From a virus: a stretch of DNA of 64,000 nucleotides. Below are positions 42,381-53,824 of this stretch, piece after piece. How positions within the stretch are numbered: the stretch's first letter is position 1; every line of letters begins with the position of its first letter. The DNA is taken from the IMG/VR virus record IMGVR_UViG_3300032050_000011; one strand, given 5' to 3'. The translations under genes and the position numbers were made by a program. The notes under the pieces were generated by a model. The model did no database searches, had not been told where the DNA came from, and saw only the letters and a list, made by a program, of their open reading frames with translations.

Positions 42381-42719
42381 ATGTCAAGCACTAAAGAACT
42401 AACGGATGTTGCAGTCGCAGAAAAAGAGAGTATACGAGAGCCGTCAAAGTATGACGTTATAGTTCACAATAACCAGCACACCTCATATGACGAGGTCATA
42501 ATCATACTATCTAATGCCTTTGAGATGAATTATCAGCAGGCACTAGATTTAGCAAATGTTGTTCACACAGAAGGCAAAGGCAGATGCGGAACTTATAGTA
42601 AAGAGGTCGCAGAAATGAAGCTAGTGCTTATAAACACTATAAAAGAATCACTGTCTCAAATAGTACCACAGAGAGCTAAAGAAATAAAGATGCTATTATT
42701 TACAATAGAGAAGAACTAG
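42381..42719 (+). CDS. clpS: ClpS adaptor (divergent pocket)
   Basis: YDVIVHNNQHT...VHTEGKGRCG...EVAEMK; directly upstream of clpA. Confidence 0.85.
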   Translation: MSSTKELTDVAVAEKESIREPSKYDVIVHNNQHTSYDEVIIILSNAFEMNYQQALDLANVVHTEGKGRCGTYSKEVAEMKLVLINTIKESLSQIVPQRAKEIKMLLFTIEKN

Positions 42720-42726
42720 GAGCAAT

Positions 42727-45027
42727 ATGACTAACAAGATTACAGAAGAAGTCATTAATGGTGTTATAGCTGAGTCTAATATAAACACAATATCTGTATG
42801 TAAGTTCTTTCGCTATTGTCTAAAAGAAGATTTTAAAGAAAATATATCTTTTTTAAAAGCAAAAGGCGCAGACATAGAGTTCTTAAAAGATTCTCTAGAC
42901 AATCATATAGAGGTAGAAGACGCACAACTTGAGATATTTAGTCAAGTTAAAACACTTATGAACAGATCATCTCAACTGGAACCAGCAATGACTCCAGAGT
43001 TGAGCAAAGTATTTGATCTTATGAAAAAAGCTGCAAGCAAAGATCAGCGACCAATGTATTTTGAAGATATGATAAATGCCATACATGTGCTAGGAAAGTC
43101 TGATCCTGACATGTACATAATCTACTTCTTAAAAAAATCTGGCTACAAGCATGATCCAGAATCTTCGCCTGGCGCACGCGGTAAATATAAGTTTATAGGA
43201 GAACTATGCGATGACTTAAATGCCAGAGCAAGCAAGAAACTCATAGATCCACTAATTGGTAGACGAAAAGAAGTAGAGCGGATGGTAGAAATTCTAGCTC
43301 ATTATAAGAAGAAAAACCCTATGCTTGTTGGTTTACCAGGTGTTGGTAAAACAGCAGTAGTCGAGGGTCTAGCCTCTATGATTGAGCAGAATTTAGTACC
43401 AGAGTCACTTAAAAAATCAAGAATATACTCATTGAATGTAGGCAACATATTGGCTGGTTCAAAGTTTCGTGGTGAATTTGAAGACAAGGTCAAGGGTGTA
43501 CTGCAAGATCTTAAGACTATGAAAGAAAAAGAAGGCATTAACGCCATACTATTCATAGACGAAGTGCATCAGGTGATGGGCGCAGGCGCAGGTGGAAGCA
43601 AGGAAGGTGTGGATCTAGCTAACATGATTAAGCCTGGTCTTGCCAATGGCGATCTTAGCTGTATCGGTGCAACAACAGATGATGAATACAACCAGAAGAT
43701 TCTTAAAGATAAAGCACTTATGCGCAGATTTCAGGTAGTAAAAATTGAAGAGCCTTCAGCAGAAGAGACTCTTCGCATACTAGAACAGGGAATAAAGCCC
43801 GTACTAGAGTCTTATCACGGAGTTAAATACTCTAGAGAAGTTCTAGAGCGAATAGTCGATCTATCAAAACAGTATGTAACCAGTCAGTTTTTTCCGGACA
43901 AGGCCATATCTATAGCCGACTCAGTCGGTGCTAGAATTAAAACTACACTTAAGGCGGAAAGAGTTGATGCTACAGTAGACGACGTAGAGGAGATAGTTTC
44001 TTCCATTACTGGAACGCCGGTGTCTGCTTTCAAAAAAACTCGTAGTAAAGAAACTTATGTCGATATAGCTAAAAATATAAAATCTACTATTTTTGGTCAG
44101 GATTCGGCGATTGATCGAGTAACTGAGCAGGTCGAATTAGCCAAAGCTGGATTGCGAGACGAGGGTCAGCCGATAGGTTCTTTTTTATTGCTAGGCCCAA
44201 CAGGAACAGGGAAGACCGAGTTGGCAAAGCAGATAGCTGCACAAACTGACTCGCATTTCTTTCAGCTCAATATGTCAGAATTCTCTGAAGAGCACGCCGT
44301 TGCAAAGTTGTTCGGAGCTCCTCCAGGCTATGAGGGACACGATCAAGGTGGTGTACTCACCAATGAGATAATGAAGTATCCGCACACTATCTTGCTTCTT
44401 GATGAGATTGAAAAGGCAAATAAGAAAGTCTATGACGCATTATTAGGCATCATTGACGGTGCGCAGATGACAGATGGCAGAGATAATAAGGTAGATTTTG
44501 GCAATGTGCTTATACTAATGACATCGAATGCTGGAGCTTCACAGGCCGCTAGAACTAAAAAACCGGTTGGAATAACTAGCGATGATGACGATGCAAAGAA
44601 TGCAAAAGCAAAGAGTATGGATGGCGTATTAAAGGATACATTTAGCCCGGAATTTAGAAACAAACTTACAGGCGTTGTATTGTTTGATTCATTGCAAAAA
44701 GATGTTATCATTAAAATAGTAGAAAAATTTATAAAAGTTGCACAAGTAAAGCTAATGGCAAAAGGCATAAAATTAACTGCAAGTAAAAAGGCAAAAGAAT
44801 TCATGGCAGACAAAGGCTATGATCCAGAGATGGGTGCTAGGCCTATTAAAAAGCTAATAGATGATCTTATAGTCAAACCTCTTGTTAAACCACTTCTTAA
44901 AAAAGAAGTTGAAGCTGGTGATACAGTAAAAGTTATATTAGTAGATAACGAGATTAAACTTGAATTCATAAAACCAAAGCAGCAAGAGGAGGTGGCGGAT
45001 GCAGTTGACCCTGGCACAGCAGGATAG
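42727..45027 (+). CDS. clpA: ATP-dependent Clp protease ATP-binding subunit (ClpA-like)
   Basis: Two AAA+ modules (GLPGVGKT, LFIDEVH; GPTGTGKT, DEIEKA), no ClpB middle domain, VGI docking loop. Confidence 0.9.
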   Translation: MTNKITEEVINGVIAESNINTISVCKFFRYCLKEDFKENISFLKAKGADIEFLKDSLDNHIEVEDAQLEIFSQVKTLMNRSSQLEPAMTPELSKVFDLMKKAASKDQRPMYFEDMINAIHVLGKSDPDMYIIYFLKKSGYKHDPESSPGARGKYKFIGELCDDLNARASKKLIDPLIGRRKEVERMVEILAHYKKKNPMLVGLPGVGKTAVVEGLASMIEQNLVPESLKKSRIYSLNVGNILAGSKFRGEFEDKVKGVLQDLKTMKEKEGINAILFIDEVHQVMGAGAGGSKEGVDLANMIKPGLANGDLSCIGATTDDEYNQKILKDKALMRRFQVVKIEEPSAEETLRILEQGIKPVLESYHGVKYSREVLERIVDLSKQYVTSQFFPDKAISIADSVGARIKTTLKAERVDATVDDVEEIVSSITGTPVSAFKKTRSKETYVDIAKNIKSTIFGQDSAIDRVTEQVELAKAGLRDEGQPIGSFLLLGPTGTGKTELAKQIAAQTDSHFFQLNMSEFSEEHAVAKLFGAPPGYEGHDQGGVLTNEIMKYPHTILLLDEIEKANKKVYDALLGIIDGAQMTDGRDNKVDFGNVLILMTSNAGASQAARTKKPVGITSDDDDAKNAKAKSMDGVLKDTFSPEFRNKLTGVVLFDSLQKDVIIKIVEKFIKVAQVKLMAKGIKLTASKKAKEFMADKGYDPEMGARPIKKLIDDLIVKPLVKPLLKKEVEAGDTVKVILVDNEIKLEFIKPKQQEEVADAVDPGTAG

Positions 45028-45398
45028 CGTTCGCTACTATAGATTAGTAGCTTTTTTGGTAAAACTTGAATTAGAAATAGAGATGACTCCAGCGATGGAA
45101 TATGTACTCTACAATACTATTAACTGGAGCCTAGCGCCAGAGTAAGGAAAAGATGCTTAATCTTTATAGTTTTGGAGAGACATCAAAAAAGATACTGGCT
45201 GCTTTTATGTACATAAGTTATTCATTAAATATGTTAGGCATTTTTATGTTTGGCTATAGTATAATTATTGCAATAGCGATTCAGTTTTTAGTAGATTTTA
45301 CGGTAGTCGCAGTTCTTTCCTATAGAGAAACTTTACAGGAAGTAGACTACCACATAAAGTTAAAAGCTACAAAAAGTGTATATAGATTATTAAAATAA
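44999..45398 (+). CDS. 44999-45145 KL-helix micro-ORF and 45153-45398 membrane protein
   Basis: VAFLVKLEL; SYSLNMLGI. Confidence 0.55.
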
Positions 45399-45408
45399 AT
45401 GAGGGTAC

Positions 45409-46113
45409 ATGCAAGTAAGGCTTGTAGCACATACAAAGATAGACGATTCATATATGAACCATCTACTTGAATCAGATGACGGTGCTGATGTCTTTATTAA
45501 TAATGTGCAGTCGCTAGAAGGTCTAGTCGCTTACATGGCTAGAGTAAGCTCTTCAGATCAGAAAAATCCTAGCTACGCAGGCCTCATCAGATACTGCATG
45601 AATCATGGTCACTGGTCAATATTAGAAACAGGTAACGCTACATTTGAGATAGAGACTTCCAGAGCTATCTCGGCTCAGATACTTAGGCATAGATCGTTCA
45701 GCTTCCAGGAGTTTAGTCAGCGCTATCAGTCGGTTGACGAAAGCGGTATAGAGTTGTTTGTAGCAAGAAGACAAGATGTAAAAAACAGACAGAACTCTAT
45801 AGACGATCTAGATGAAGCAGTAAAGCAAGAATGGGAAGATCGCCAACTAGAAAACTGGCGGTCAGCATTTGATCACTATAAGTGGGCTTTGGACAACGGT
45901 ATAGCTAAAGAAACTGCTCGCGCAGTGCTTCCGGTGCAAGCCAGAACTCGTATGTTCATGAACGGCACTCTAAGATCATGGGTGCACTATGTTAATTTAA
46001 GAACTGATCCGTCAACTCAGAAAGAGCACAGAGATATTGCTGAAGAAATAAAAAGTCAGCTAACACAGGCTTTTCCAGTTATAGCAGAGGCGGCAGGTTG
46101 GAAAACCAGATGA
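45409..46113 (+). CDS. thyX: flavin-dependent thymidylate synthase
   Basis: HWSILE, RHRSFSFQEFSQRY, QKEHR. Confidence 0.95.
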   Translation: MQVRLVAHTKIDDSYMNHLLESDDGADVFINNVQSLEGLVAYMARVSSSDQKNPSYAGLIRYCMNHGHWSILETGNATFEIETSRAISAQILRHRSFSFQEFSQRYQSVDESGIELFVARRQDVKNRQNSIDDLDEAVKQEWEDRQLENWRSAFDHYKWALDNGIAKETARAVLPVQARTRMFMNGTLRSWVHYVNLRTDPSTQKEHRDIAEEIKSQLTQAFPVIAEAAGWKTR

Positions 46114-47130
46114 AAAAAGAGCATATACTCATATTGCTTGAAAGAGTAGAAGAGATGCTTATTTCTAGTACGCCAGAAAATTGGCCAAATGGAATTAATT
46201 ACGAGGTTCGCTATGACGAACGCATAATAAATAAGATGCAGTTTACACTTAAGCGTTGTTTTATAACTTTATGGGAGAGTAGTAGCGGTAAGGGTATATC
46301 TTTGCAGTTTAGCGTTGGATCAAACTGCATAAATAGTTCCTATGAGGCACCTAACTTTTTCGTAAGATGGCTATGCCCCGTTTGGCGAACATGGAAAAGA
46401 ATTAAGTGGAGGCTTATGTACTTACATAAGCAGAATAAGAAAATTATAGCAAAAAAAGAATTAGACGAGCAAATAGCAGTATTTAATAATCTATATTACA
46501 CTCAGTTTCCTGACGATATAGACGACATTTTTTTAGACGATGAAGACTAGGAGGTCTTATGATGGATTTACTCAGATTCATGCTCTGCTCTCAGGTTGCA
46601 TTTGTAGAAAAGCGCATATATGAGCCAAATAACTCTAAAGCTTTTAAAGAGCAAGCACTGCAATTGATAGCACTAACTACGGAAAAGTCCAATAACTTAG
46701 ATACTTTTAAGCTAGGTGTTAATCTTGCAAAAATTAAGCTTGATGACAAAAAACCTAATTATATTGTGGCGTTGTTTTCAGATGACTATAAATACAAAAT
46801 GTTAGCTATAGAATTAGCAGAAGACATAGCAAGTAGTATAGATACAAGATTTGTGTCCGGAGGCTCAAAAGCCTATCTTGGTCTTTTGCCAGAGGTGAAA
46901 TTTATATGTTAAAACATGATCGCTATATGGTCGATAATATGGTTAAAAACAGTATAAATGCCTATCCTCCACCCTATGAAGCAGTAGGATGGCCTCCTGG
47001 TATACAGGACTTTATAAGGCAAGTAGCTCATGCAGCAGCAATGGAGATTATAGAAAATATCTATACACAGCTAGAACTAGAAGATAAAGCAGAGAGAATT
47101 ATTCTTTCTGAGGATAACCATATCAAATAG
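46110..47130 (+). CDS. hypothetical proteins (about 46110-46550, 46559-46912, 46906-47130)
   Basis: ORF track. Confidence 0.6.
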
Positions 47131-47160
47131 CAGATATTTGCTTTTGATAAAAAGGATTTT

Positions 47161-47832
47161 ATGTCTGACAATTCGATCGATGACATTGTGGTTAACGAAT
47201 TTACAGAACAGTCTGCGAGAAACTTTAGAAAGCATTTGATTTCTAGAGCGGTAAGTGATCCTGGAGTCCCCATCATAGTCTACATAGACTCATATGGTGG
47301 TTCACTTGATTCACTTAATTCTATGCTGGAAACCATAGAGCAGGTCGCCAGTCCTATAATCACCGTGTGTATGGGTAAAGCAATGAGCTGCGGTGCAGTC
47401 TTGCTTGCTGCAGGTGATCATCGTTTCTGCGGAAGATCATCGAGGGTGATGATACATCAGGCTACTGGTGGTGACTATGGTCCTATAGAGAGTCTACAGA
47501 AAAATGTAGATGAGTGCAAAAGAATGAACGAGTCTTTTATGGCTTTTCTCGCTAAACGCTGCGGAAAATCCTTAGATCAACTTAAAAAAATAATTAAAGA
47601 CAACGATTCTCGCGATCTATATCTTAGTGCAGAAGACTGCAGGAAGTTTGGTATAGTCGACTTCATAGGTATGCCTCACATAAAGCCTCTAACTATGTAT
47701 CAAATAGATATTGCACCAGAAAAAACATACGGAAAAGTTTTGAACTTGGAAAAGAAGAACTTAAACAGATTCGATAAAAAAACAAAAAAGAGGAGGACAA
47801 ATGCCAGATCAAACAGACGAAGTAAAAAATAA
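47161..47832 (+). CDS. clpP: ClpP-like protease subunit
   Basis: IDSYGG, AMSCGA (Ser), MIHQ (His), RDLY (Asp), FGIVD. Confidence 0.9.
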   Translation: MSDNSIDDIVVNEFTEQSARNFRKHLISRAVSDPGVPIIVYIDSYGGSLDSLNSMLETIEQVASPIITVCMGKAMSCGAVLLAAGDHRFCGRSSRVMIHQATGGDYGPIESLQKNVDECKRMNESFMAFLAKRCGKSLDQLKKIIKDNDSRDLYLSAEDCRKFGIVDFIGMPHIKPLTMYQIDIAPEKTYGKVLNLEKKNLNRFDKKTKKRRTNARSNRRSKK

Positions 47833-48133
47833 AGTAACGATTTCAAACGAAGATTGTGCAAATGTTATAAAGTATGCCACACACTTTAACGTGCCGTTAT
47901 CAGCTGAGTTGCAAGTTGCATTAGATAAATTTACAGCTGACAATTCGTTTGAAAATCAACTAGAGATTAAGCTTGAAATGTGCAAATGGATGCTGTCTAG
48001 CGCTCATGAGTCTTTTCAAGATAGTCTATGGGATGCACCAAAAAAAGCAGCAGAGTCCGTTGTCTTCAATCTTCAATTTGATAAAGATGTGAAAGACGTG
48101 CTTACTAAGGGCGACGATTCTGCCCAGGAATAG
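47801..48133 (+). CDS. hypothetical protein
   Basis: SD GGAGG; promoter copy at 47765. Confidence 0.65.
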   Translation: MPDQTDEVKNKVTISNEDCANVIKYATHFNVPLSAELQVALDKFTADNSFENQLEIKLEMCKWMLSSAHESFQDSLWDAPKKAAESVVFNLQFDKDVKDVLTKGDDSAQE

Positions 48134-48584
48134 GTGGTGGTTGGTTATCGGATGGTAAAGATGGTGGCAGATCGTTGGCCTCTGGCATAGGCGGTGGCAG
48201 ATCGCCACTCTCTGGTAGAGCCGGAGGTGTTTCTTTTGCAGCAGATGCTTGCTTTTGTTTAGCGGCGCTAGCTCTTGAAGCCAACTCAACCGCTGGATCT
48301 ACGACTCCTTCCTTGCCGAAGGATCTGTTTCCAGTGCAATGATCTTGCATTATGCCATCAATTCTTGATCTGGCGTATGTTCTAAATCCGGATGCACCGT
48401 GTTTTTGACTATCAAAATCACGTATTGCAAGCATTAGTCCATGCAATCCAGCATCATAGAGATCATTTGGATGAGTAATTCTATCCGGATACTTTTTGGA
48501 TTTGCGCGATGCAAGCTCATGTATATCTGGTAGATATTCTTTAAATAGGTCTTCTATTAGTTTTTGATGATGCTCATTTTTCAT
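48105..48584 (-). CDS. FliA/sigma-28-like region-2-only protein with Pro-rich tail
   Basis: DLYDAGLHGLMLAIRDFD...FRTYARSRIDGIMQD; leaderless after TGGTATAAT. Confidence 0.7.
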   Translation of the reverse strand: MKNEHHQKLIEDLFKEYLPDIHELASRKSKKYPDRITHPNDLYDAGLHGLMLAIRDFDSQKHGASGFRTYARSRIDGIMQDHCTGNRSFGKEGVVDPAVELASRASAAKQKQASAAKETPPALPESGDLPPPMPEANDLPPSLPSDNQPPPIPGQNRRP

Positions 48585-48615
48585 GTCACTATTATACCAT
48601 TAGCAGGAGGTATAA

Positions 48616-48897
48616 ATGAATTATATGTTTTACGAGTCTACTAGAATAGTAGAGAAACAAGAAAAACACGAAAAATCAAGAGCTTACGATCTTATTGAAT
48701 CTTTAGAAAAAAGCGGATTAGACAATCATCATCTGTTTTGTGCGCTGGAGTTGATGAGCAAAAGAGCACAGTCTGAATTTGAGTCAGCCGTCATTTTAAA
48801 AGCCAAACAGATACTCATAGCTCACAAGGAGAAAAATGAAACAGATGACATTAGTATTATTAGTCGCTTTAGTAGCTGCGTGCGCTCCCAAAGCTAG
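48616..48897 (+). CDS. hypothetical protein
   Basis: SD AGGAGG. Confidence 0.6.
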   Translation: MNYMFYESTRIVEKQEKHEKSRAYDLIESLEKSGLDNHHLFCALELMSKRAQSEFESAVILKAKQILIAHKEKNETDDISIISRFSSCVRSQS

Positions 48898-49654
48898 CAA
48901 TGAAATTAGCCAAGCAAACAGCTATAGGGTTGTAAAGCCAACAAGCGGCAAGCATCACGCTATCTTCCAAATTAGAAGTCCAAATGGTGGTGGCTGTACT
49001 GCTTTTGTTATCTCTAATAGAAGAGCTATTACGGCTGGTCATTGTGTGGAAATTTCAAAGCAACTTTTAGAAAACAAAAAAGAAATTCAAACGACAACTG
49101 CTGGTTTTGTAAAAGCTATAGCTATAGAAATAGAGAGAACTGATTGTACAAATGTCCATCCCAAGTTTCTTTGTGAAAAGAGACTAAGAGAAATGAGAGC
49201 TATGCTTAAAAATTCTAACTCTCTTCTTACAAGGCTGATTAATAATCAACCAGATAAATTTAAAGTACTAGATTCTGAAGGCAAAGAGCTTAAAGTTGAG
49301 CCAATTGCACTAACTAGTGAATTTTCTTTTAGAGACTTTGCGGTTCTTCAGGGTGATTTTTCTGAGTTTGAGAAGCTTCCTTTAGCTGAAAGTGTTGATC
49401 TGTTGCCAGGTGAACTTCTGCGAACTTGCGGGTTTGCGAATCTTAAAATTCCTGCAGCCTGTACAAACTTTATTGCCTTAGGCAACGAAGGATTCGCTTA
49501 CAAGGGCAACGGTTACTTAGTAAAAGGCATGAGTGGTGGACCTGTTATCAATAGCAAAGGTGAAGTAGTAGGAATCAACGTCGCCGTAGGCGCAGACGCA
49601 GTATTTATGACTCCGGTAGTGGGAGTTCTAGATCGTTTTGCTAAGGAGGACTAG
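48836..49654 (+). CDS. trypsin-like serine protease, lipoprotein
   Basis: Lipobox LVAAC; TAGHC, DFAVL, GMSGGP. Confidence 0.85.
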   Translation: MKQMTLVLLVALVAACAPKASNEISQANSYRVVKPTSGKHHAIFQIRSPNGGGCTAFVISNRRAITAGHCVEISKQLLENKKEIQTTTAGFVKAIAIEIERTDCTNVHPKFLCEKRLREMRAMLKNSNSLLTRLINNQPDKFKVLDSEGKELKVEPIALTSEFSFRDFAVLQGDFSEFEKLPLAESVDLLPGELLRTCGFANLKIPAACTNFIALGNEGFAYKGNGYLVKGMSGGPVINSKGEVVGINVAVGADAVFMTPVVGVLDRFAKED

Positions 49655-50904
49655 TGAAAGAGCTCGATATTTTGCAGGCTATATCTGATGAGAGCAGTAA
49701 GAATGGTAAATTTGCTTTACTTAAAAAATATTCTAGCGATCAGCGTCTAGCTCAACTACTAGACGCTGCGCTTAACTACAAAAGAATCTTCTACATAAAT
49801 AAAATGGATCTAGGTCAGTCATTGATTAATGAAGGCGTAGCTTTCCCAGACCTACATGATGAATTCATGCAGTTACTTTCTAGACTAGAAAAGCGCGAAA
49901 TAACTGGCAATGAAGCTAGAATAGAGGTTGTATTCTTTCTAATCAAGTGCTCCAAGCAGCAGCAAGACTGGTATCTTAAAATTTTAAGAAAAGATCTTAA
50001 GGCGGGTTTCAGCGCTGAAACAGCAGCAGAAGCTGGGTTTGACATACCGCTATTTGACGTAATGTTGGCCAAAGACGGAAAATCTTGCAAGAACCTGAAA
50101 GATATAATTTCTAAAGGCGTCTATGCTAGTCCTAAGTTTGATGGCTACAGATGCCTAGCTGTAATAAATGAAGGCGAAGTAACTCTCTACTCTAGGGCTG
50201 GAACAGAGTTTCACAACTTTCCATCCATAGTAGAGTCATTAAAGCGCAGCTTTCCTAGTGGTCAACATGTGTTTGATGGTGAGATTATGTCTGATGACTT
50301 TCAGTCTATGCAGAAGTCAGCGTTTGCCAGCAAGCGAGGGACTGTGGTCGGTGACGTCAAGTACTATGTATTTGGATATGTTCCCTATCAAGAATGGGAC
50401 AGCAAGCAGTTCAAGCTAAAAACAAAAGAAAGGCTAGATATATTAGGTAATCTTCAAAAATCATTTGAGCCTAACGTTGTAATGGTGTCACAAAAATTCA
50501 TAAACTCACTAGACGAAGCTCTTAAATTTGAGCGAGACTGCTTGAGCTACGGCTATGAAGGCGCAATGCTACTGCCAGATATTCCATATTATCTTGGCAA
50601 AAAATCTAATAAACTACTTAAATTAAAGACTATGCAGTCACAGGATTGCACTGTTAGAGGTTTTTATGAAGGCGAAGCAGGCACTAGAAATCAAGGCACA
50701 CTTGGTGGTCTAGAATTAATCCAAGAGAATGGCATTGCCTGCAGATGCGGCACTGGCTTCTCTGACGAAGATAGACTATATATCTGGAGCAACGGTCAAG
50801 AATTTATAGGGCGAATAGCAGAGATAAAATACCAGGAGCTAACTGAGGACGGAGTCATGCGTTTTCCTGTTTTTATGAGATGGCGTGATGATAAGGCTAA
50901 GTAA
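49654..50904 (+). CDS. ATP-dependent DNA ligase
   Basis: KFDG, FDGE, YEGAM, LLKLK, RFP motifs. Confidence 0.95.
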   Translation: MKELDILQAISDESSKNGKFALLKKYSSDQRLAQLLDAALNYKRIFYINKMDLGQSLINEGVAFPDLHDEFMQLLSRLEKREITGNEARIEVVFFLIKCSKQQQDWYLKILRKDLKAGFSAETAAEAGFDIPLFDVMLAKDGKSCKNLKDIISKGVYASPKFDGYRCLAVINEGEVTLYSRAGTEFHNFPSIVESLKRSFPSGQHVFDGEIMSDDFQSMQKSAFASKRGTVVGDVKYYVFGYVPYQEWDSKQFKLKTKERLDILGNLQKSFEPNVVMVSQKFINSLDEALKFERDCLSYGYEGAMLLPDIPYYLGKKSNKLLKLKTMQSQDCTVRGFYEGEAGTRNQGTLGGLELIQENGIACRCGTGFSDEDRLYIWSNGQEFIGRIAEIKYQELTEDGVMRFPVFMRWRDDKAK

Positions 50905-50905
50905 T

Positions 50906-51804
50906 ATGAATCAAGAGGTAGACGCTGTAGATGTATGCCTGAACTTAATTTTGGTTCTTCAACGACTAAATCTAGGCGTACGTCACGTTAGAAGAACACC
51001 TATGGCATTTGAGTTAGCCATACTATTAGACGAAGGTAAAACAGCTCTAGACGCATACAGAAAAGAGCACAGCATAGGTTCAAGTTGGTGGGGATAAGCA
51101 CTTTTATTATGACGTTTAATTTAAAATCCGCTGACAGGATGCAGATGTATCTTGAAAGTGCCATAATAATGGATTATCTTGAGTTTTTAGCTAATATAAA
51201 CATCATATATATCGATCGTGCATTGCTAGAAGATATTGGAGAAGGGAGTCGATTGCATGTCTACATTGAATAACAAGATAGAGTGCTTAAAAAGACTTAT
51301 AAAGCTAGATCATCATCATGAGCTTATGTACTGGATGGTTGAGTCTAGGCTAGCTGCTGCCGATATAATGAGCTCGAAGAACAAATCAGATCAGCATATA
51401 GCAGAAGTAATTTATCTAAACTTACAGCAAGCTAAAATCGATGAAAAGATAATTCTACTAGACTATGAATGGACCATACTGCCTAGAGAACATATCAAGA
51501 TAATGGTTGTCACCGAGAAAGAGTCACAGACATTCATTTACGAAGCTTAAAATAAAATTTGTATAATATCATTATTGCATGATGCAATAATAACGTTTTA
51601 GGAGGAAGCATGGTTTCTGTTTCACGAAAAAAGAAAAAAGTACCAAAATCATTTGAGCAAGCAACTAGAATTCTGCTTGAATGGCAATTTGAACAAAATC
51701 TAAAAGAAAAAATAGATGGCTTTTATCAAAAAAAACTTAAAGAATTAGATCAAGAAATTGCTCAACTTGAAATTGAAAATAACAATAAAAACTTAAACAA
51801 ATAA
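50906..51804 (+). CDS. small hypothetical ORFs (50906-51097, 51109-51273, about 51257-51550, 51610-51804)
   Basis: ORF track; the first two carry the KL-helix motif. Confidence 0.55.
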
Positions 51805-51839
51805 AAACAATAACAAATTCGATATAAAAAAGAGGTTTT

Positions 51840-52169
51840 ATGAAAGCATTATTAATTTTAACTACTTTATGTTTTTCGCTTGCTGCAAGTGCAGAAGTAA
51901 GAATAATTAAATTTTCAGCCGAGTGGTGCAAGCCGTGCAAAGACTACAAGCCGGTTATCGATAAAGTAGTAAAAGAACTAAAGCTTGACATGCAAGAGGT
52001 CGACATCGATAAGAATCCTAACCTAGCGAATAAATTTGCAGTTGAAGGCGTGCCAACGACAGTGTTCCTTGAAGGCGATAAAGAGGTTGCTAGAATTTTA
52101 GGTTCTGTTGACGAAAAATTTTTAAAACAATTTACTGAGAATGTAATAAAATCAACAAAGGGGAAATAG
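51840..52169 (+). CDS. thioredoxin with signal peptide
   Basis: WCKPC, VPT; N-terminal LAASA signal. Confidence 0.85.
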   Translation: MKALLILTTLCFSLAASAEVRIIKFSAEWCKPCKDYKPVIDKVVKELKLDMQEVDIDKNPNLANKFAVEGVPTTVFLEGDKEVARILGSVDEKFLKQFTENVIKSTKGK

Positions 52170-52170
52170 C

Positions 52171-53668
52171 ATGTTGTCACTTATCTATGGCGGTATTACA
52201 CATCATTATTTAGCAAAAGACCTTCCCTACTGTAATCCTATTAAAGGCGGTATGGGAACGATCCATAATGAGTATGTTATAGCCATGGCTGGCTCTAAAG
52301 ATTTCAGACTTGGTCTAATATCGGGTAAAGACTCTGCATGCGGAAATATAATGGGTCCAATATCTGCAACTAAAATAAGTGACAATATTGATTTTATGCT
52401 AGGCGGTTACAATACTAATTTCAAAAAATTTCGTGACAGAATGATAGAACCACCTTCAATCGGCGGGATAACGCCTGTTGTTGGGCTTGATTTTAAAATA
52501 CCACTATTCGAGTACGAAGATACTAAATTGTCACTAGATACTTTAGTATCTTTCGGAGTGATAACGCACGCAATAAATCTTAGTTTTTGAGGTTAATATG
52601 TATACATTAATACTAATAGTTGTGTCTCTGGGACAATACCCTGCAGTAACATCTATTGACTTTGACAATAGTGCAACGTGTCTTAAGGCTTTATCTACCT
52701 CTCTGGAGTTAGAGGGTCAGGGCTTAAAAATTAAAGCAAGGTGTGTACCAAAATGATTAGATTATTTTTAGCAAGCGCAGGCTTAGGCCTAAGTTGTAAA
52801 TTGTTCTACATATCAGAAGATTTTGTAACGCAAACCATATGTCTGCTATTTATTCCGCTTTTCGTACTAGGCGTTAACTCTGCGATAAAGCAAATAGCGG
52901 TAGATGATAATGATGAGTAACATGGAATGCCCTTTCTGTTCAGTTCCGTGCCGCACCAAATGGTGTCCGTATAATGAGCAAGAGGATACGGAGGGCAAAG
53001 TGAAGAGATCAGACATGAGAAAGATCATATATGAAACACTTGAGTCGGGCTGGTCGCACCCGGAGGCTAATGCAAAACTTGCAGAAGACATTTTAGTAGC
53101 CATAGAGCGAGCAGGCATGCTACCGCCAATAGCTTTTTTACCTAAACTTAAAATATCAGATAATGCATGGGAGTCGGAGCAAGATGGCTAAGGTTATAGT
53201 CCACAAACCAACTCATGTATTTGATTACGAAACAGTAAACAGTATGACGGTTTGTTTGTGGAACCTGCAGTTGCGACTATTTGAACTAGATGAAGAGACT
53301 CTTATAAATTACTTTAACACTGTATTTGTGTCTGATATCTACGAGAACAACAGATATACCAATAAGATACTAAAGATATGCACACTTGAATGGCCAATGT
53401 CTGAGCAAGACAGACTGTGTTTGGCTACCCATATTGCGGTTCAACTGCTGGGACTAGGAGAGTTATGAATTACACTAGGTACTTACTATTGATGATACTT
53501 GGACTGACGCTGTGTTTTCCTCCCGCTATTCTTATGCTAGTGATTTTAAGTGCAATACTTAATTATTTCTTTTTTAGCAATAGTATATTGTTTGGTGGAC
53601 TCTTGGTAATCTATTCTCTTTATAAGATGGCTAAAATCTATTCTGCCAGAAAGGAATGGGATGATTAG
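52171..53668 (+). CDS. hypothetical and membrane proteins (52171-52590, 52904-53191, about 53184-53468, about 53465-53668, plus short unlisted ORFs)
   Basis: ORF track; 52171 ends in an alternating beta pattern with C-terminal F. Confidence 0.5.
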
Positions 53669-53824
53669 GATGTGGTTGCTAGTTATTCAAATGAGTCACG
53701 GATATGTGGAGCAAGGCTTCTTCATTGAAAGAGATAACTGTATAAAAATGGGTAAAGAGATTGTTGGCAAGTCTAAGTATATGACCTATGAATGCAAGAG
53801 GCGAAAAGTCAAAATTAAATAATA

